A stretch of DNA of 64,000 nucleotides from Candidatus Latescibacterota bacterium (GTDB taxonomy: Bacteria; Latescibacterota; UBA2968; GCA-2709665), in assembly GCA_965222075.1 (NCBI GenBank), contig OZ244937.1, positions 4,032,001-4,096,000 of the forward strand, read 5' to 3'. The notes beneath the pieces were generated by a model, which saw nothing but the letters and a program-made list of their open reading frames with translations, did no database searches and was not told the origin of the DNA. The position numbers and the translations under genes were made by a program. Positions 38,757 through 48,549 of this stretch are shown here, piece by piece. Positions within the stretch are counted from its first letter, which is position 1; every line of letters starts with the position of its first letter.

Positions 38757-40049
38757 ATGGACAGCGAAGAGGCGGGAAAACTGCTCGAACGCGCCGACCG
38801 GTACCTGGCCGGCGGCAGCCTGGGAATGTTCCGGATGCCCGATGAAGTGGCCACGGTCTTCCACCGGGGAGAGGGCAGCCGGCTATACGACACGACCGGC
38901 CGGGAATACATCGACTACGTGATGGGCTCCGGCCCCATGATTCTGGGGCATGCGCACCCGGCCGTGGTGGCCGCCGTCCGGGAACAGGTGGGCCTGGGGT
39001 CCACTTTTTACGGACTCAACGAACCGGCCATTCGTCTGGCCGAGCGGATTGTGAACGCCGTGCCCTGCGGAGAGCAGATCCGGTTCACCTCCTCCGGCAC
39101 TGAAGGCACCTTCTCTGCCATCCGCCTGGCCCGGGCCTTTACCGGGCGTGAGAAAATTCTCAAATTTGAAGGTGGTTGGCACGGCGGCCACGACTACGCC
39201 CAGCAATCCGCCGCACCCTCGGAGCCTGCGGACTACCCGGCGCCGGTCGCGGATTCCGGAGGCATTCCCAGGGGAGCGTCACAGACCGTGCTGGTCGCCC
39301 CGTTCAACGATCCCGAAGCGGCAGCCGACATCGTCAAAACCCACGGCAGCGAACTGGCGGCCGTCATCCTCGAACCGCTTCAGCGGGCCATCCGGCCCCA
39401 GCCCGGTTATCTGGAAAGCTTGAGAGAGGTCACCCGGGCGCAGGGAGTGATGTTGATCTTCGACGAAGTCGTCACCGGTTTCCGTATTGCCTGGGGCGGG
39501 GCCCAGGAGCGCTACGGCGTGGTGCCCGACCTGGCCGTGTACGGAAAAACCATCAGCGGGGGCTATTCCCTGGCTGCCGTGTGCGGCCGGGCGGACGTCA
39601 TGGCCTGTGCGGATCGGAGGCGGACGTCTCCTCCCGTCTTCATCAGCGGCACCACAAACGGCAACCCCATCAGCACCACCGCCGGGCTGGCCACCCTGGA
39701 CGAACTGGAAAAAGAGGGCGTCTACCCCCGGCTTTACGCCCTCTCCGACCGGCTCAGAGCCGGCCTGGAAACCGTGGGCAGAGCAATGGGGTTCTGCTTC
39801 CAGGTCATCGGAGAAGGCCCGGTGCTGCAGCCCTTCTTCACCAATACGAACATCCGCAACCACGCCGATACCCTCAAAGCGGATACAGAGACCGTCCGGA
39901 GGTTTGGCATCGAACTGATCAAACGCGGCATCTTCGTCAACCCCACCGGAAAGCTCTACCTCTCGTTGGCGCTGTCGGACGACGACATCGACCACACGCT
40001 GGAGGCCGCGGGTGAGGCGTTCATCCAGATCAAAGCCGGGGGCCCATAA
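38757..40049 (+). CDS. Class III PLP aminotransferase (GSA-aminomutase-like)
   Basis: YIDYVMGSGPMILGHAHP, SSGTEG, KFEGGWHG, FDEVVTGFR, YGKTISGG. Confidence 0.92.
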   Translation: MDSEEAGKLLERADRYLAGGSLGMFRMPDEVATVFHRGEGSRLYDTTGREYIDYVMGSGPMILGHAHPAVVAAVREQVGLGSTFYGLNEPAIRLAERIVNAVPCGEQIRFTSSGTEGTFSAIRLARAFTGREKILKFEGGWHGGHDYAQQSAAPSEPADYPAPVADSGGIPRGASQTVLVAPFNDPEAAADIVKTHGSELAAVILEPLQRAIRPQPGYLESLREVTRAQGVMLIFDEVVTGFRIAWGGAQERYGVVPDLAVYGKTISGGYSLAAVCGRADVMACADRRRTSPPVFISGTTNGNPISTTAGLATLDELEKEGVYPRLYALSDRLRAGLETVGRAMGFCFQVIGEGPVLQPFFTNTNIRNHADTLKADTETVRRFGIELIKRGIFVNPTGKLYLSLALSDDDIDHTLEAAGEAFIQIKAGGP

Positions 40050-40140
40050 TCCCAAGGACCGAAAAAAGTTTGACATTCCCCTTTTGTGACTGCTATTTAT
40101 CCAGATGATGGCGTGTCTGAACAAACCAAAAGGAGGTGTT

Positions 40141-41025
40141 ATGGGAAACAACAACTATACCATGTCCGAAGAAGAGAAATACTTCTTCGACCTGACGGGC
40201 TACCTGATCGTTCGGGGCGCGCTGGAGCCCGGAGAGGTGGATGCGTGCAACCGCGCCATTGACCACTTTGCCGACAAAATCGCTGTCCGCTCCCTGGAAA
40301 AAGGAAGTCTGGCGCACGGTTCATCCGCGCTTGAGGGCCAAGCCGGCCGAAAGGAACTCACCGGCATGCTCGGCTGGCCTCCCCTTTACCGGGAGCCTTT
40401 CCGAAAGCTCCTGGTCCACCCGGTGGTGGTCTCCCGGTTAAACGAGCTCTCCGGAAAGGGTTTCCGTCTGGACCACGGCCCCCTCCTGATCGGGGCCGAA
40501 AGCGGAACCGAAGGCCACCAGCTGCACGGGGCGGGAGAACCCTTCAGCCCGGCCGTCTGGTACCACCAGCAGAACGGCCGGATCGACTGCAGGGGCATCA
40601 CCGTGGCCTGGCAGCTGGCCGATGTCAACGCGGGCGACGGGGGCTTTGCGATCGTCCCGGGCAGCCACAAAGCCTGCGAACCCACCCCCGGTGGGGTCAA
40701 AAGCGTAGAGGACAACATGGGCCTGGTGGTACAGCCCGCGATGAAAGCCGGCGATGTCCTCTTCTTCGCGGAAACCGCCACCCACGGTACTCTCCCCTGG
40801 AAAGGTAAGGGGGAGCGGCGCTCCGTGCTCTACAAATACGCCTCCCGGGCCGCAGCCCGCGCTGTGGGACGCTTTTTCACCCCCCGGCAGCGTCACGGCG
40901 AGTGGACGGACGATCTCACTCCCGAACAGCGGGCCGTCCTCTACGGCCCGGGCGTTCACTCAAGCGGCACGCTTCCCATCCTGGCGTCCGACGGGGAGAA
41001 GACCCGGGTTGCAGGGCACAGATAG
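40141..41025 (+). CDS. PhyH-like dioxygenase (non-canonical HxA motif)
   Basis: FDLTGYLIVRGAL, LHGAG, GGFAIVPGSHK, KAGDVLFF...HGTLPW, RRSVLYKY; GGAGG RBS. Confidence 0.88.
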   Translation: MGNNNYTMSEEEKYFFDLTGYLIVRGALEPGEVDACNRAIDHFADKIAVRSLEKGSLAHGSSALEGQAGRKELTGMLGWPPLYREPFRKLLVHPVVVSRLNELSGKGFRLDHGPLLIGAESGTEGHQLHGAGEPFSPAVWYHQQNGRIDCRGITVAWQLADVNAGDGGFAIVPGSHKACEPTPGGVKSVEDNMGLVVQPAMKAGDVLFFAETATHGTLPWKGKGERRSVLYKYASRAAARAVGRFFTPRQRHGEWTDDLTPEQRAVLYGPGVHSSGTLPILASDGEKTRVAGHR

Positions 41026-41120
41026 TGAAAGGGCAAACGGCCCTATCCCTCCACCTCCGGGCACGGCGCACAGGCCTTCCACAAGGCCGAACTTGAAAAT
41101 TTTTGAAAGGAAGATCAACT

Positions 41121-41975
41121 ATGGACGCACGCGAACGCTACTTCTGGGACCTCACCGGATACCTGGTGGTCCGGAACGTCCTCACCCCCGATGAAATCGC
41201 CGCCGCCAACGAAACCGTCGAACGCTATACGGACCACATCCAGGCGGGCGAAGACAACGCGCTGGCCGGGGAGTCCGAGCGGCTGAAGGGCACCGGGCGG
41301 CCGATGCTCACCGGCATGCTCGAATTTGAAAAACCCTACTGCGAGCCTTTCCGGAACATGCTGGTCCACCCGGTTGTGGTGCAGCGCCTGAACACTATGT
41401 GCAGCACGGGCTTCCGCCTCGACCACGGCCCCTGGGTCATCACCAGCCCAAAAGGCACGTCGGGCCACCGGATGCACGGGTCGGGGCAACCCCACAGGCC
41501 CCACGTGGCCTACCACCACCAGAACGGCGCCACCTATTGCGGCGGCGTCACCGTTGCCTGGCAGTTGACCGACTGCCCCAAAGGCATGGGGGGATTCGCC
41601 TGTGTGCCCGGCAGCCACAAATCCCGTTTGTCCATGCCCGGAGGCGTGAGCACCGGCGACAACGACATGGGCCTCATCGTCCAGCCGGAACTGAAGGCCG
41701 GAGACGTGCTCTTCTTTATGGACAGCGCCCAGTCCCACGGCGCCCTGCCCTGGAAAAGCGAAGTTACCCGCCGCTCCGTCCTCTTCAAATATGCGGGCCG
41801 GACGGCCATCCGCAGCGGCCGGGAGTTTGCGCCTCCCGAAATCTACTGGGGAGAGGAACTGGTGGAAGACATGACCGAAGAACAGCGCGCTGTCATGTAC
41901 GGCCCTTATTCCAACCACCGGGGCGAAGTCCCCTTCCTCACCGTAGAGGATGACGGCACGGTGAGGGTGGAATAG
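41121..41975 (+). CDS. PhyH-like dioxygenase (non-canonical HxS motif), paralog of 40141
   Basis: WDLTGYLVVRNVL, MHGSG, GGFACVPGSHK, KAGDVLFF...HGALPW, RRSVLFKY. Confidence 0.88.
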   Translation: MDARERYFWDLTGYLVVRNVLTPDEIAAANETVERYTDHIQAGEDNALAGESERLKGTGRPMLTGMLEFEKPYCEPFRNMLVHPVVVQRLNTMCSTGFRLDHGPWVITSPKGTSGHRMHGSGQPHRPHVAYHHQNGATYCGGVTVAWQLTDCPKGMGGFACVPGSHKSRLSMPGGVSTGDNDMGLIVQPELKAGDVLFFMDSAQSHGALPWKSEVTRRSVLFKYAGRTAIRSGREFAPPEIYWGEELVEDMTEEQRAVMYGPYSNHRGEVPFLTVEDDGTVRVE

Positions 41976-42110
41976 CCCGCCGGAGTCTGTCCGGAGATCG
42001 GAGGCCCCATGGAGGCCCCCCTCCAGCCCATCCGGATTCGGTCGGGAAAAGCCGGCCGGATCGCCGTGGTCCTCCCCTACACCGAAGACCGCGTTGCGAA
42101 GGAGAGATCC

Positions 42111-43682
42111 ATGAAAGGCATGATCACCGCGCCCCAGCCGCTGGCAGTGGACGCCGGCGCAAACGTGCTGGCAGATGGAGGAAACGCCGTTGACGCCGCG
42201 ACCACCGCAGCCTTCGTGCAGATGGTCACCACCCCGCGCAGCTGCGGCATCGGCGGCTTTGGCATGATGAACATCCACACCGCAGGGCAGGAGACCATAC
42301 TTGACTTTCACGGCAAGGCCGGCGCGAAGGCGGAACCCGCTATGTGGGAAGACCGGATCATTCGGGAGAACCTGACCGGCTACGGCTACACCCTCCAGGA
42401 CCAGGTCAACGAACGCGGGTACAAATCGATCACCACACCCGGCACGGTCGCCGGGCTTTACAAAGCCCAGACGGAATACGGCACCCTGCCGTGGCGCGAG
42501 GTTCTTCAGCCTGCGATCAAAGTCGCCGCCGAAGGGTTTGAAGTCACCAGCAGCACAGCCGAGGCCTGGAAACGCACGCCGGTCGGCTCAGAAACATCGC
42601 CGTGGATCGGCGTGGGGAAATCCCCCTACGAGGAAGGCGGGGAATTGATCGCCAACCCGGACATGGCCAGAACCTTCTCGATCCTCGCCGAAGGAAGCGC
42701 GGAAGTCTTCTACCGGGGCGACCTGGCCGAGCAGATTGCGGAGGACATGGAACGCGGCGGCGGGTTTGTCACTCTTGAGGATCTCAACCGCTACGAAGTC
42801 ACCGTCACCCAGCCGATCTATTCGGACTACCGGGGCTACACAATCGCCTCCAACCAGCCCCCCGGCGGCGGTGTCACCATTCTTCAGACGCTCAAAACAC
42901 TCGAAGGCTACGACCTCGCGCAAATGGGCTATCTCACGCCCGAATACGTCTACACCGTCTCCCTGGCGATGAAAGCTGCCTGGACGGACCGGGCCAACCT
43001 CGTCGGAGACTCCGCCTTTGTGGATGTCCCGATCGAAGACCTCCTCTCCGAAGACCGGGCGGTCCGATGGCGGCAGGTCATCGATGCGCGTGAAAAAATC
43101 ACGATCTCCCGCTGGCACCCTCAGGAATCACCCGACACCACCCACCTCTCTGTCGTCGATGTGTGGGGAAATGTCGTGGGCCTGACGCACTCATTGGGCT
43201 CGGGTTCTGACGTTATCACTCAGGGACTCGGATTTATGTACAACAACTGCATGAACTGCTTTAACCCGGTGCCCGGCCAGGTTAACTCCGTAGAACCCGG
43301 GAAATCCAGGATCACAGGCATGGCGCCCACGCTGGTAAAGATCGGGGAAAAACCTTATTTCACCGTCGGCGCGCCGGGCGGAACCCGGATCGTGACCGGA
43401 ATCCTGCACGCCATCCTCAACGTCATCGACCACCGCATGACCGCCACGGAGGCCATTGCGGGCCCCCGTTTCGACTGTCAGAGCGACGTCATCGTCGCGC
43501 AAGCCCGCATCCCTCCCTCCGTCTGTGACCGCGTAAAAGAAATCGGACACGATATCAACCGCAGTCTGGCGAGCTACGGCGGAATCGCGTCCGTTCACGG
43601 AATTGTCATCGACCCGGAGACGGGCGCCCTGGACGGAGGCGCCGATCCGGGCGATAGCGGGATGGCGATGGGCGTCAGGTGA
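42111..43682 (+). CDS. Gamma-glutamyltransferase family protein
   Basis: GGNAVDAA, catalytic Thr in DTTHLSVVD, GAPGGTRI, GGADP; GGAGAG RBS before MKGMITAPQ. Confidence 0.93.
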   Translation: MKGMITAPQPLAVDAGANVLADGGNAVDAATTAAFVQMVTTPRSCGIGGFGMMNIHTAGQETILDFHGKAGAKAEPAMWEDRIIRENLTGYGYTLQDQVNERGYKSITTPGTVAGLYKAQTEYGTLPWREVLQPAIKVAAEGFEVTSSTAEAWKRTPVGSETSPWIGVGKSPYEEGGELIANPDMARTFSILAEGSAEVFYRGDLAEQIAEDMERGGGFVTLEDLNRYEVTVTQPIYSDYRGYTIASNQPPGGGVTILQTLKTLEGYDLAQMGYLTPEYVYTVSLAMKAAWTDRANLVGDSAFVDVPIEDLLSEDRAVRWRQVIDAREKITISRWHPQESPDTTHLSVVDVWGNVVGLTHSLGSGSDVITQGLGFMYNNCMNCFNPVPGQVNSVEPGKSRITGMAPTLVKIGEKPYFTVGAPGGTRIVTGILHAILNVIDHRMTATEAIAGPRFDCQSDVIVAQARIPPSVCDRVKEIGHDINRSLASYGGIASVHGIVIDPETGALDGGADPGDSGMAMGVR

Positions 43683-43706
43683 AGCGTCTCGGAAGATAAA
43701 CGGCCA

Positions 43707-44750
43707 TCAACGAATTTCCAGTTCTCCTTTGCGATACGCACGCAGAAAATTCTTACAAAGAGGATCTTTCCCCAGGAGCATATCCTCGGCAAGCCGGTAA
43801 GGTTCTGCCTTCCGATCCAGGGAGAAAACATGCTGAGGGTTGCTGGTCACCGGATCGATAATCCCGCTGTCCGAACCGGCCTCAACGGCCAGAATGGTGA
43901 AAACGTCGTTAATAAGTTGGCGGCACGGCAGTCCGAAAGAGATATTGCTGAACCCACCTGCAATGTGGATTTTGGACCCGTACTTCTCTCGTAGCCGGCG
44001 AATGGCCTCGAAGCAGTGATTGCCAAATTCCGAATCTACCGAAATCGGGAATACCAGAGGATCGACGTAAATATCCTGAATCACAATCCCTTTGGCCAGG
44101 GCCGCGCCGATCATACGCGAAGCGTTGGAGACCCGTTCCTCGTCGTTCTGCGGCATGCCGCTCTCGCCGGCAGCCGTCACAACCACGCGGGAATCGTAGC
44201 GCCTGGCTATGTCTAAGGCCTCAAGGCGTTCCAGCGAAGCCGAGTTCAGCAGCGTCCGGCCTGCCCTGCCGTCGCAGGCTTCAAGCCCCACCCGGATCGT
44301 CTCGATGTTGGAGGAGTCCACAGACAGTGGAACCGGGCACACCTGCTGCACGGTGCGCACCAGCCACTGCATGGCCTCCTTCTGCTCCTCAAGGCGCAGT
44401 GAGATTTCGTCCACATTCAGATCTAAGAAGTCCGCCCCGGCATCCACCTGGCGCTGGACCAGCCGGTGCAGGTAGGCCAGTCCTTCACCGGCATCAGGCT
44501 CCTGCCCGGACATCGCGGCCTGCACGGCGATCTTGACGTATTTGACACGTCCTTCCTCGTAATCCTGCGTCCGTTTGACCTCTTCGGGAATCACGAGGTA
44601 GCGGCGTTTCTTTTGGGTGTCGTAATAGCGGACCGCCTCCATCCCATCGGGATTCTTCGTGACAAGCTTTCCTTTTCTCAGCACTACCCGGGTGGTATGG
44701 ATGTTTTCACCGATAACGATAAATTCACCTTCTCGACCGTCTATCTTCAC
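43707..44750 (-). CDS. Pterin-binding methyltetrahydrofolate:corrinoid methyltransferase (MeTr/AcsE or MetH Fol-domain-like)
   Basis: IVIGENI, GADFLDLNV, PLSVDS, LLNSAS, YVDPLVFPIS, GFSNISFGLP, IIDP. Confidence 0.87.
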   Translation of the reverse strand: MKIDGREGEFIVIGENIHTTRVVLRKGKLVTKNPDGMEAVRYYDTQKKRRYLVIPEEVKRTQDYEEGRVKYVKIAVQAAMSGQEPDAGEGLAYLHRLVQRQVDAGADFLDLNVDEISLRLEEQKEAMQWLVRTVQQVCPVPLSVDSSNIETIRVGLEACDGRAGRTLLNSASLERLEALDIARRYDSRVVVTAAGESGMPQNDEERVSNASRMIGAALAKGIVIQDIYVDPLVFPISVDSEFGNHCFEAIRRLREKYGSKIHIAGGFSNISFGLPCRQLINDVFTILAVEAGSDSGIIDPVTSNPQHVFSLDRKAEPYRLAEDMLLGKDPLCKNFLRAYRKGELEIR

Positions 44751-44760
44751 CGTGTCCTCC

Positions 44761-46362
44761 TCATTTCGTCCGGGCGTGGTGGTCCCGCTCCAGAAAGGTG
44801 TTCGCCCAGGCGCTGGTGCCTTTCAAGGCGCCATCCTTGAAGATCACCGGCCTATCCAGCATCTTCTCTTCATCTCCGTATACCTTAAGCCGCTCATAGG
44901 CCAGCGACCAGATGCACTCCTTCTCTCCCACCTCGCACTTCCCCTGGCGCGTTCCTCCGCAGGGGCCGTTGCGCTGGTTTTTAACGCATTGCGACTCGGG
45001 GCAGAGAAACGCGATATCCGGCAATGAGCAGTCGCCGCAGTCCTGACAATCGAAGCACAGTATCTTCACCGCCTGTTCGGCGCCATGCACGGCCTTCTGC
45101 AGGCCTCTCCCGGCGCGCTCGACCGCCTGGAAGATCTTCTTGCCGATACGAAACGCCAGGCGCCCCTTTTCGAAGACTTTGTCGTGCACCGAGCGGTTGA
45201 TTTTATAACCCAGGGAAACGCGTTGTCTGGAGGCCCTCAAGACCTCCGGACGCTTCGAATGGCGATATTGGCGGTTGATCCTGGTCGAGCTGAGCCCCGT
45301 CGTCGTATCGGGCTCAAAGAAAAAAAACTCCCCGGGCTGGTGGAAGAGGACCTCCTGAACAAAGTCTTTCCAATCCCCTTCTCCGAAGCGGCCGGCAATC
45401 TCTAAAATCCGCTCATAGTCCTCGTACTTCAGGTGTCCCCCCAGGTATACACCGCGATATCCCAGTCCTCTGGCAATGGCGCACTGCTTTGCGGCGAACT
45501 CCAAAAAGAAGGCCTTGCCCTTATCGCGCGACCGGGCGTGCTTTTGGGTCAATGCAAGCAGTTCATCCGTTACGATCACTCCGGGGATGTTGCCCGCGTG
45601 AAAAAACCGGGCCGCAGCCGGGCTGAGCACATAAACGTTGGCCAGCACCGGCACCTGGAGATCGTGAAGCGCCATATACTTCAACAACTCGTCCTGTTTG
45701 CGCGCGTCATACCCGATCTGGTTGATGATGAACGCAGCGCCACTCTCAACCTTTTTGGCCAGCTTGAAATACTGCGGCATCACCTCACGTTCGTAGCGCT
45801 TGTGGTTGTTCACCACTGCGCCTAAGAAAAAATGCGTGGGCGCCAGAACATGATCGGCCCTGCCACTGTCCACCCGCATACCGGAATTCATCTCGAAGAA
45901 CATCTTCAACAGGCCAACCGAGTCGATATCAAACACACCGCCTGCCTGCCCATTATATCCGCTGACAGGATAGTCGCCCGACAGCGCCAGCACGTTGTTG
46001 AATCCTTCGCTGGCGAGTTGCCAGCCTCTGCCCAGCAGGGCATTCCGGTTCCAGTCCTTGCACGAAAGGTGAATGATGACCTCCTGCCCCCGGGCCAGCA
46101 GGTCGGTTCCCATGGTATCGGCGTTGATCATGGCGTTGCCGCCTGGATTATCGGTGATACTCAGGGCGTGCACCTGCGGATGTTCGGCAAGTTCTCGCGC
46201 AAGCTTCAACACCAGGCGCCCACGGCGCTCGGTAATGACGCCGCGAGAATTGACCAGTTCCACGCAGGTAACGAACGTATCCGTCTCCTGAAGCAGGTAG
46301 CGCAAGGCGTGCTTCTGCCAGGCGCCCAGGCTGTGGTTCGCTTTCTCAGGGGGTGTAGCCAT
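44761..46362 (-). CDS. Methylenetetrahydrofolate reductase (MetF-like) fused to a C-terminal MetV/MTHFR_C Cys-rich domain
   Basis: SITDNPGG, HLSCKDWNRNAL, NVLALSGD, KKVESGAAFIINQIGYD; C-terminal CQDCGDC..CPESQCVKNQRNGPCGG..KCEV..ECIW. Confidence 0.9.
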   Translation of the reverse strand: MATPPEKANHSLGAWQKHALRYLLQETDTFVTCVELVNSRGVITERRGRLVLKLARELAEHPQVHALSITDNPGGNAMINADTMGTDLLARGQEVIIHLSCKDWNRNALLGRGWQLASEGFNNVLALSGDYPVSGYNGQAGGVFDIDSVGLLKMFFEMNSGMRVDSGRADHVLAPTHFFLGAVVNNHKRYEREVMPQYFKLAKKVESGAAFIINQIGYDARKQDELLKYMALHDLQVPVLANVYVLSPAAARFFHAGNIPGVIVTDELLALTQKHARSRDKGKAFFLEFAAKQCAIARGLGYRGVYLGGHLKYEDYERILEIAGRFGEGDWKDFVQEVLFHQPGEFFFFEPDTTTGLSSTRINRQYRHSKRPEVLRASRQRVSLGYKINRSVHDKVFEKGRLAFRIGKKIFQAVERAGRGLQKAVHGAEQAVKILCFDCQDCGDCSLPDIAFLCPESQCVKNQRNGPCGGTRQGKCEVGEKECIWSLAYERLKVYGDEEKMLDRPVIFKDGALKGTSAWANTFLERDHHARTK

Positions 46363-46455
46363 AGCTATATACTCACAATGTGAAGCAGCTCTGCAAATTG
46401 CTGTTCTCGCGGTTCCTTCTCGATGCGTGTCACGTCACCTCACACTCCTGAAGGA

Positions 46456-47400
46456 TCATCCGTCCTTGCGAATCTGCTCCGTCTGCCTGGCCACCGTTGC
46501 AAGCTGGTCTTCATCCCATGCCTCTTGCTGCTGCAATGCATACAGCGATGTATAACCGTCCGACCAGTCCGGGGGAACCAGGCAGGGGCGGTCATCGTGG
46601 TGTGCCCAGCGTACAGGGTTACCCCGTACAATGGTTCCTTCGTATCGACTGGGGAGTGGATTGGGAGTGTAGGTAAATGCATCGGCAGACGAATACGCGT
46701 TCAGCAGCAGGGGACGCCCCCTGTCGGAAAGATTTGGCCTGGAGCCATGAATTACACGACAGTTATGAATGGTGATGGACCCGGCCGGCCCCGTCAGGTA
46801 CTTGACCTTCTCCGTATCGATGCGTTTGACGTCTTCGCCGCCTATGCAGCCCACCCATTGATCCCTGGCATCGTATTGGTTGAAGAGTTCGCCATTGTGG
46901 CTGCCCGGGATGGCGCCAAGCGGACCCTGATCGTCGCCCACATCATGAAGATAAAGGCCTATTGTGAGCGGACTGTAGTTGGTGTGTGGCCAGTACGTAA
47001 TGTCCTGATGCCACTTTACCTCCTCGCCGCCTTCTGCCCATTTGAAATTCAGTTTGGAGTGGTGGAATTTCACATCCGGCCCCACCAGATCGGCTGCCAC
47101 GTCGGCAATGATCGACTGCGAAGCGAACTCCCAGTAGGCCGGGTGATGTTCCACGGGGCTGCTCAACCGACGAAGACGCGGATCGTCCGCCGTGTGACCG
47201 GGCTCCAGATCGAACACGACGTCCGACTTGCTCACGGAACGGCTGCGCTGCACCATTTCGTTTGTGACGTCAATCAGGCGCTCAACCCAGTCCTGCGGCA
47301 CAATGGATTCAACGAGCAGGTATCCGTTATCAAAGTAGAATTGACGTTGCTCCTGGGTGAGCACCTCAGGTTTGTGAGACAATATCTCCTCGGGCGTCAT
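46456..47400 (-). CDS. PhyH-like Fe(II)/2-oxoglutarate dioxygenase
   Basis: FHHSKLNFKW, WHQD, IPGSH, HGSRPNLS..GRPLL. Confidence 0.92.
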   Translation of the reverse strand: MTPEEILSHKPEVLTQEQRQFYFDNGYLLVESIVPQDWVERLIDVTNEMVQRSRSVSKSDVVFDLEPGHTADDPRLRRLSSPVEHHPAYWEFASQSIIADVAADLVGPDVKFHHSKLNFKWAEGGEEVKWHQDITYWPHTNYSPLTIGLYLHDVGDDQGPLGAIPGSHNGELFNQYDARDQWVGCIGGEDVKRIDTEKVKYLTGPAGSITIHNCRVIHGSRPNLSDRGRPLLLNAYSSADAFTYTPNPLPSRYEGTIVRGNPVRWAHHDDRPCLVPPDWSDGYTSLYALQQQEAWDEDQLATVARQTEQIRKDG

Positions 47401-47587
47401 CGAACAGCCTCCTTCTATGAGAAACCAACGATGAGGTTGCGACTGAGCTATGCGAAATTCAGAATTTAGACAAACCACTTCTCTTCAGCAAGCCATATTG
47501 CCGTTGTCCAAACGAACATAATGTTGTATTTTGTCAGCAGCACCGACCGATTGTCGGCGGTAGACCACTGGCGAAGAGAGGAGCTTT

Positions 47588-48451
47588 ATGGAACAATGCA
47601 CGGTATTGGGCACAACCGATCTCCAGGTGAGCCGCCTGGGATTTGGGGCTGCCCGGATTGGCGAGGGCGTGCCCCCCGACCGGGTGGAAGTCCTGCTCAA
47701 CACCCTCCTTGACCTGGGTATCACCTTTATCGACACGGCGGATTGTTATGCAAATAGCGAAGCGCTGATCGGCCGCTTCCTCGGTCATCGTCTGCAGGAG
47801 TGCGTTCTGGCCACCAAGTGCGGCTGCATCATCGGTGGGGCCAAGGGCGAACCCTACTCACGATCCATCATCGCCGAGAGCATCGACCGCTCCCTGCAGC
47901 GACTGGGCGTTGACCACCTTGACCTGGTGCTGCTCCACACCTGCTCGGCGGAGGTGCTGCGCGCCGGTGAGGCGGCCGAGGCGCTGCTGCAGGCGAAGGT
48001 AGCCGGCAAGGTGCGGTACACAGGGTACAGCGGCGACGGGGAAGACGCCCTGCAGGCGATTTCCATGGGAGCTTTCGATGCCCTCCAGGTGACCTTCAAC
48101 CTGGTGAACCAGGTGGCACTGGGGGATGTGTTGCCGGCGGCAGAGCGGGCCGGAATGGGCGTGATCGCCAAGCGTCCCATCGCCAACGCCCAGCTCCTCA
48201 ATACGGGTTCTCCCTACTTCCGCGAAGGAGGGCATTGGGACCCGGTGCGGCAGCTGCTGGCAGAGGAAGGAGTCTGGGAGGATGCACTGGAGCTCTCCCT
48301 GCGCTTCACCCTATCCCACGACGTCATCAACAGCGCCATCGTCGGCACCACCGATGCCGATCACGCACGGGCCAACGCTCGGCGCTCGGCGGCAGGGCCT
48401 CTGCCGTTACATGTCGTGGAGGCCCTTCATCGGTTGGGGCGCGATTTCTAA
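47588..48451 (+). CDS. Aldo/keto reductase
   Basis: LGTTDLQVSRLGFG, FIDTADCY, LATKCG, SLQRLGVDHLDLVLLH, GKVRYTGYS. Confidence 0.93.
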   Translation: MEQCTVLGTTDLQVSRLGFGAARIGEGVPPDRVEVLLNTLLDLGITFIDTADCYANSEALIGRFLGHRLQECVLATKCGCIIGGAKGEPYSRSIIAESIDRSLQRLGVDHLDLVLLHTCSAEVLRAGEAAEALLQAKVAGKVRYTGYSGDGEDALQAISMGAFDALQVTFNLVNQVALGDVLPAAERAGMGVIAKRPIANAQLLNTGSPYFREGGHWDPVRQLLAEEGVWEDALELSLRFTLSHDVINSAIVGTTDADHARANARRSAAGPLPLHVVEALHRLGRDF

Positions 48452-48469
48452 GAAGCTGTCTTAAAACCC
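48451..48469 (+). mobile_element. Solo IS/MITE terminal inverted repeat-like sequence
   Basis: AGAAGCTGTCTTAAAA is 15/16 identical to the reverse complement of 61697-61712 and shares CTGTCTTAAAACCC with 61578-61591. Confidence 0.5.
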
Positions 48470-48549
48470 CCAGCGGTCATCGGCTGGCGGCGGTCCGAGT
48501 ACAGCCCATTGTTATGAAGCTGTTCTGATACTGCACCTGAGACGCTACA

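Noticed and set aside
38757-40049. Naming the aminotransferase hemL
   Set aside because: It lacks the typical GGVNSPVR N-terminus and has no heme-pathway context.
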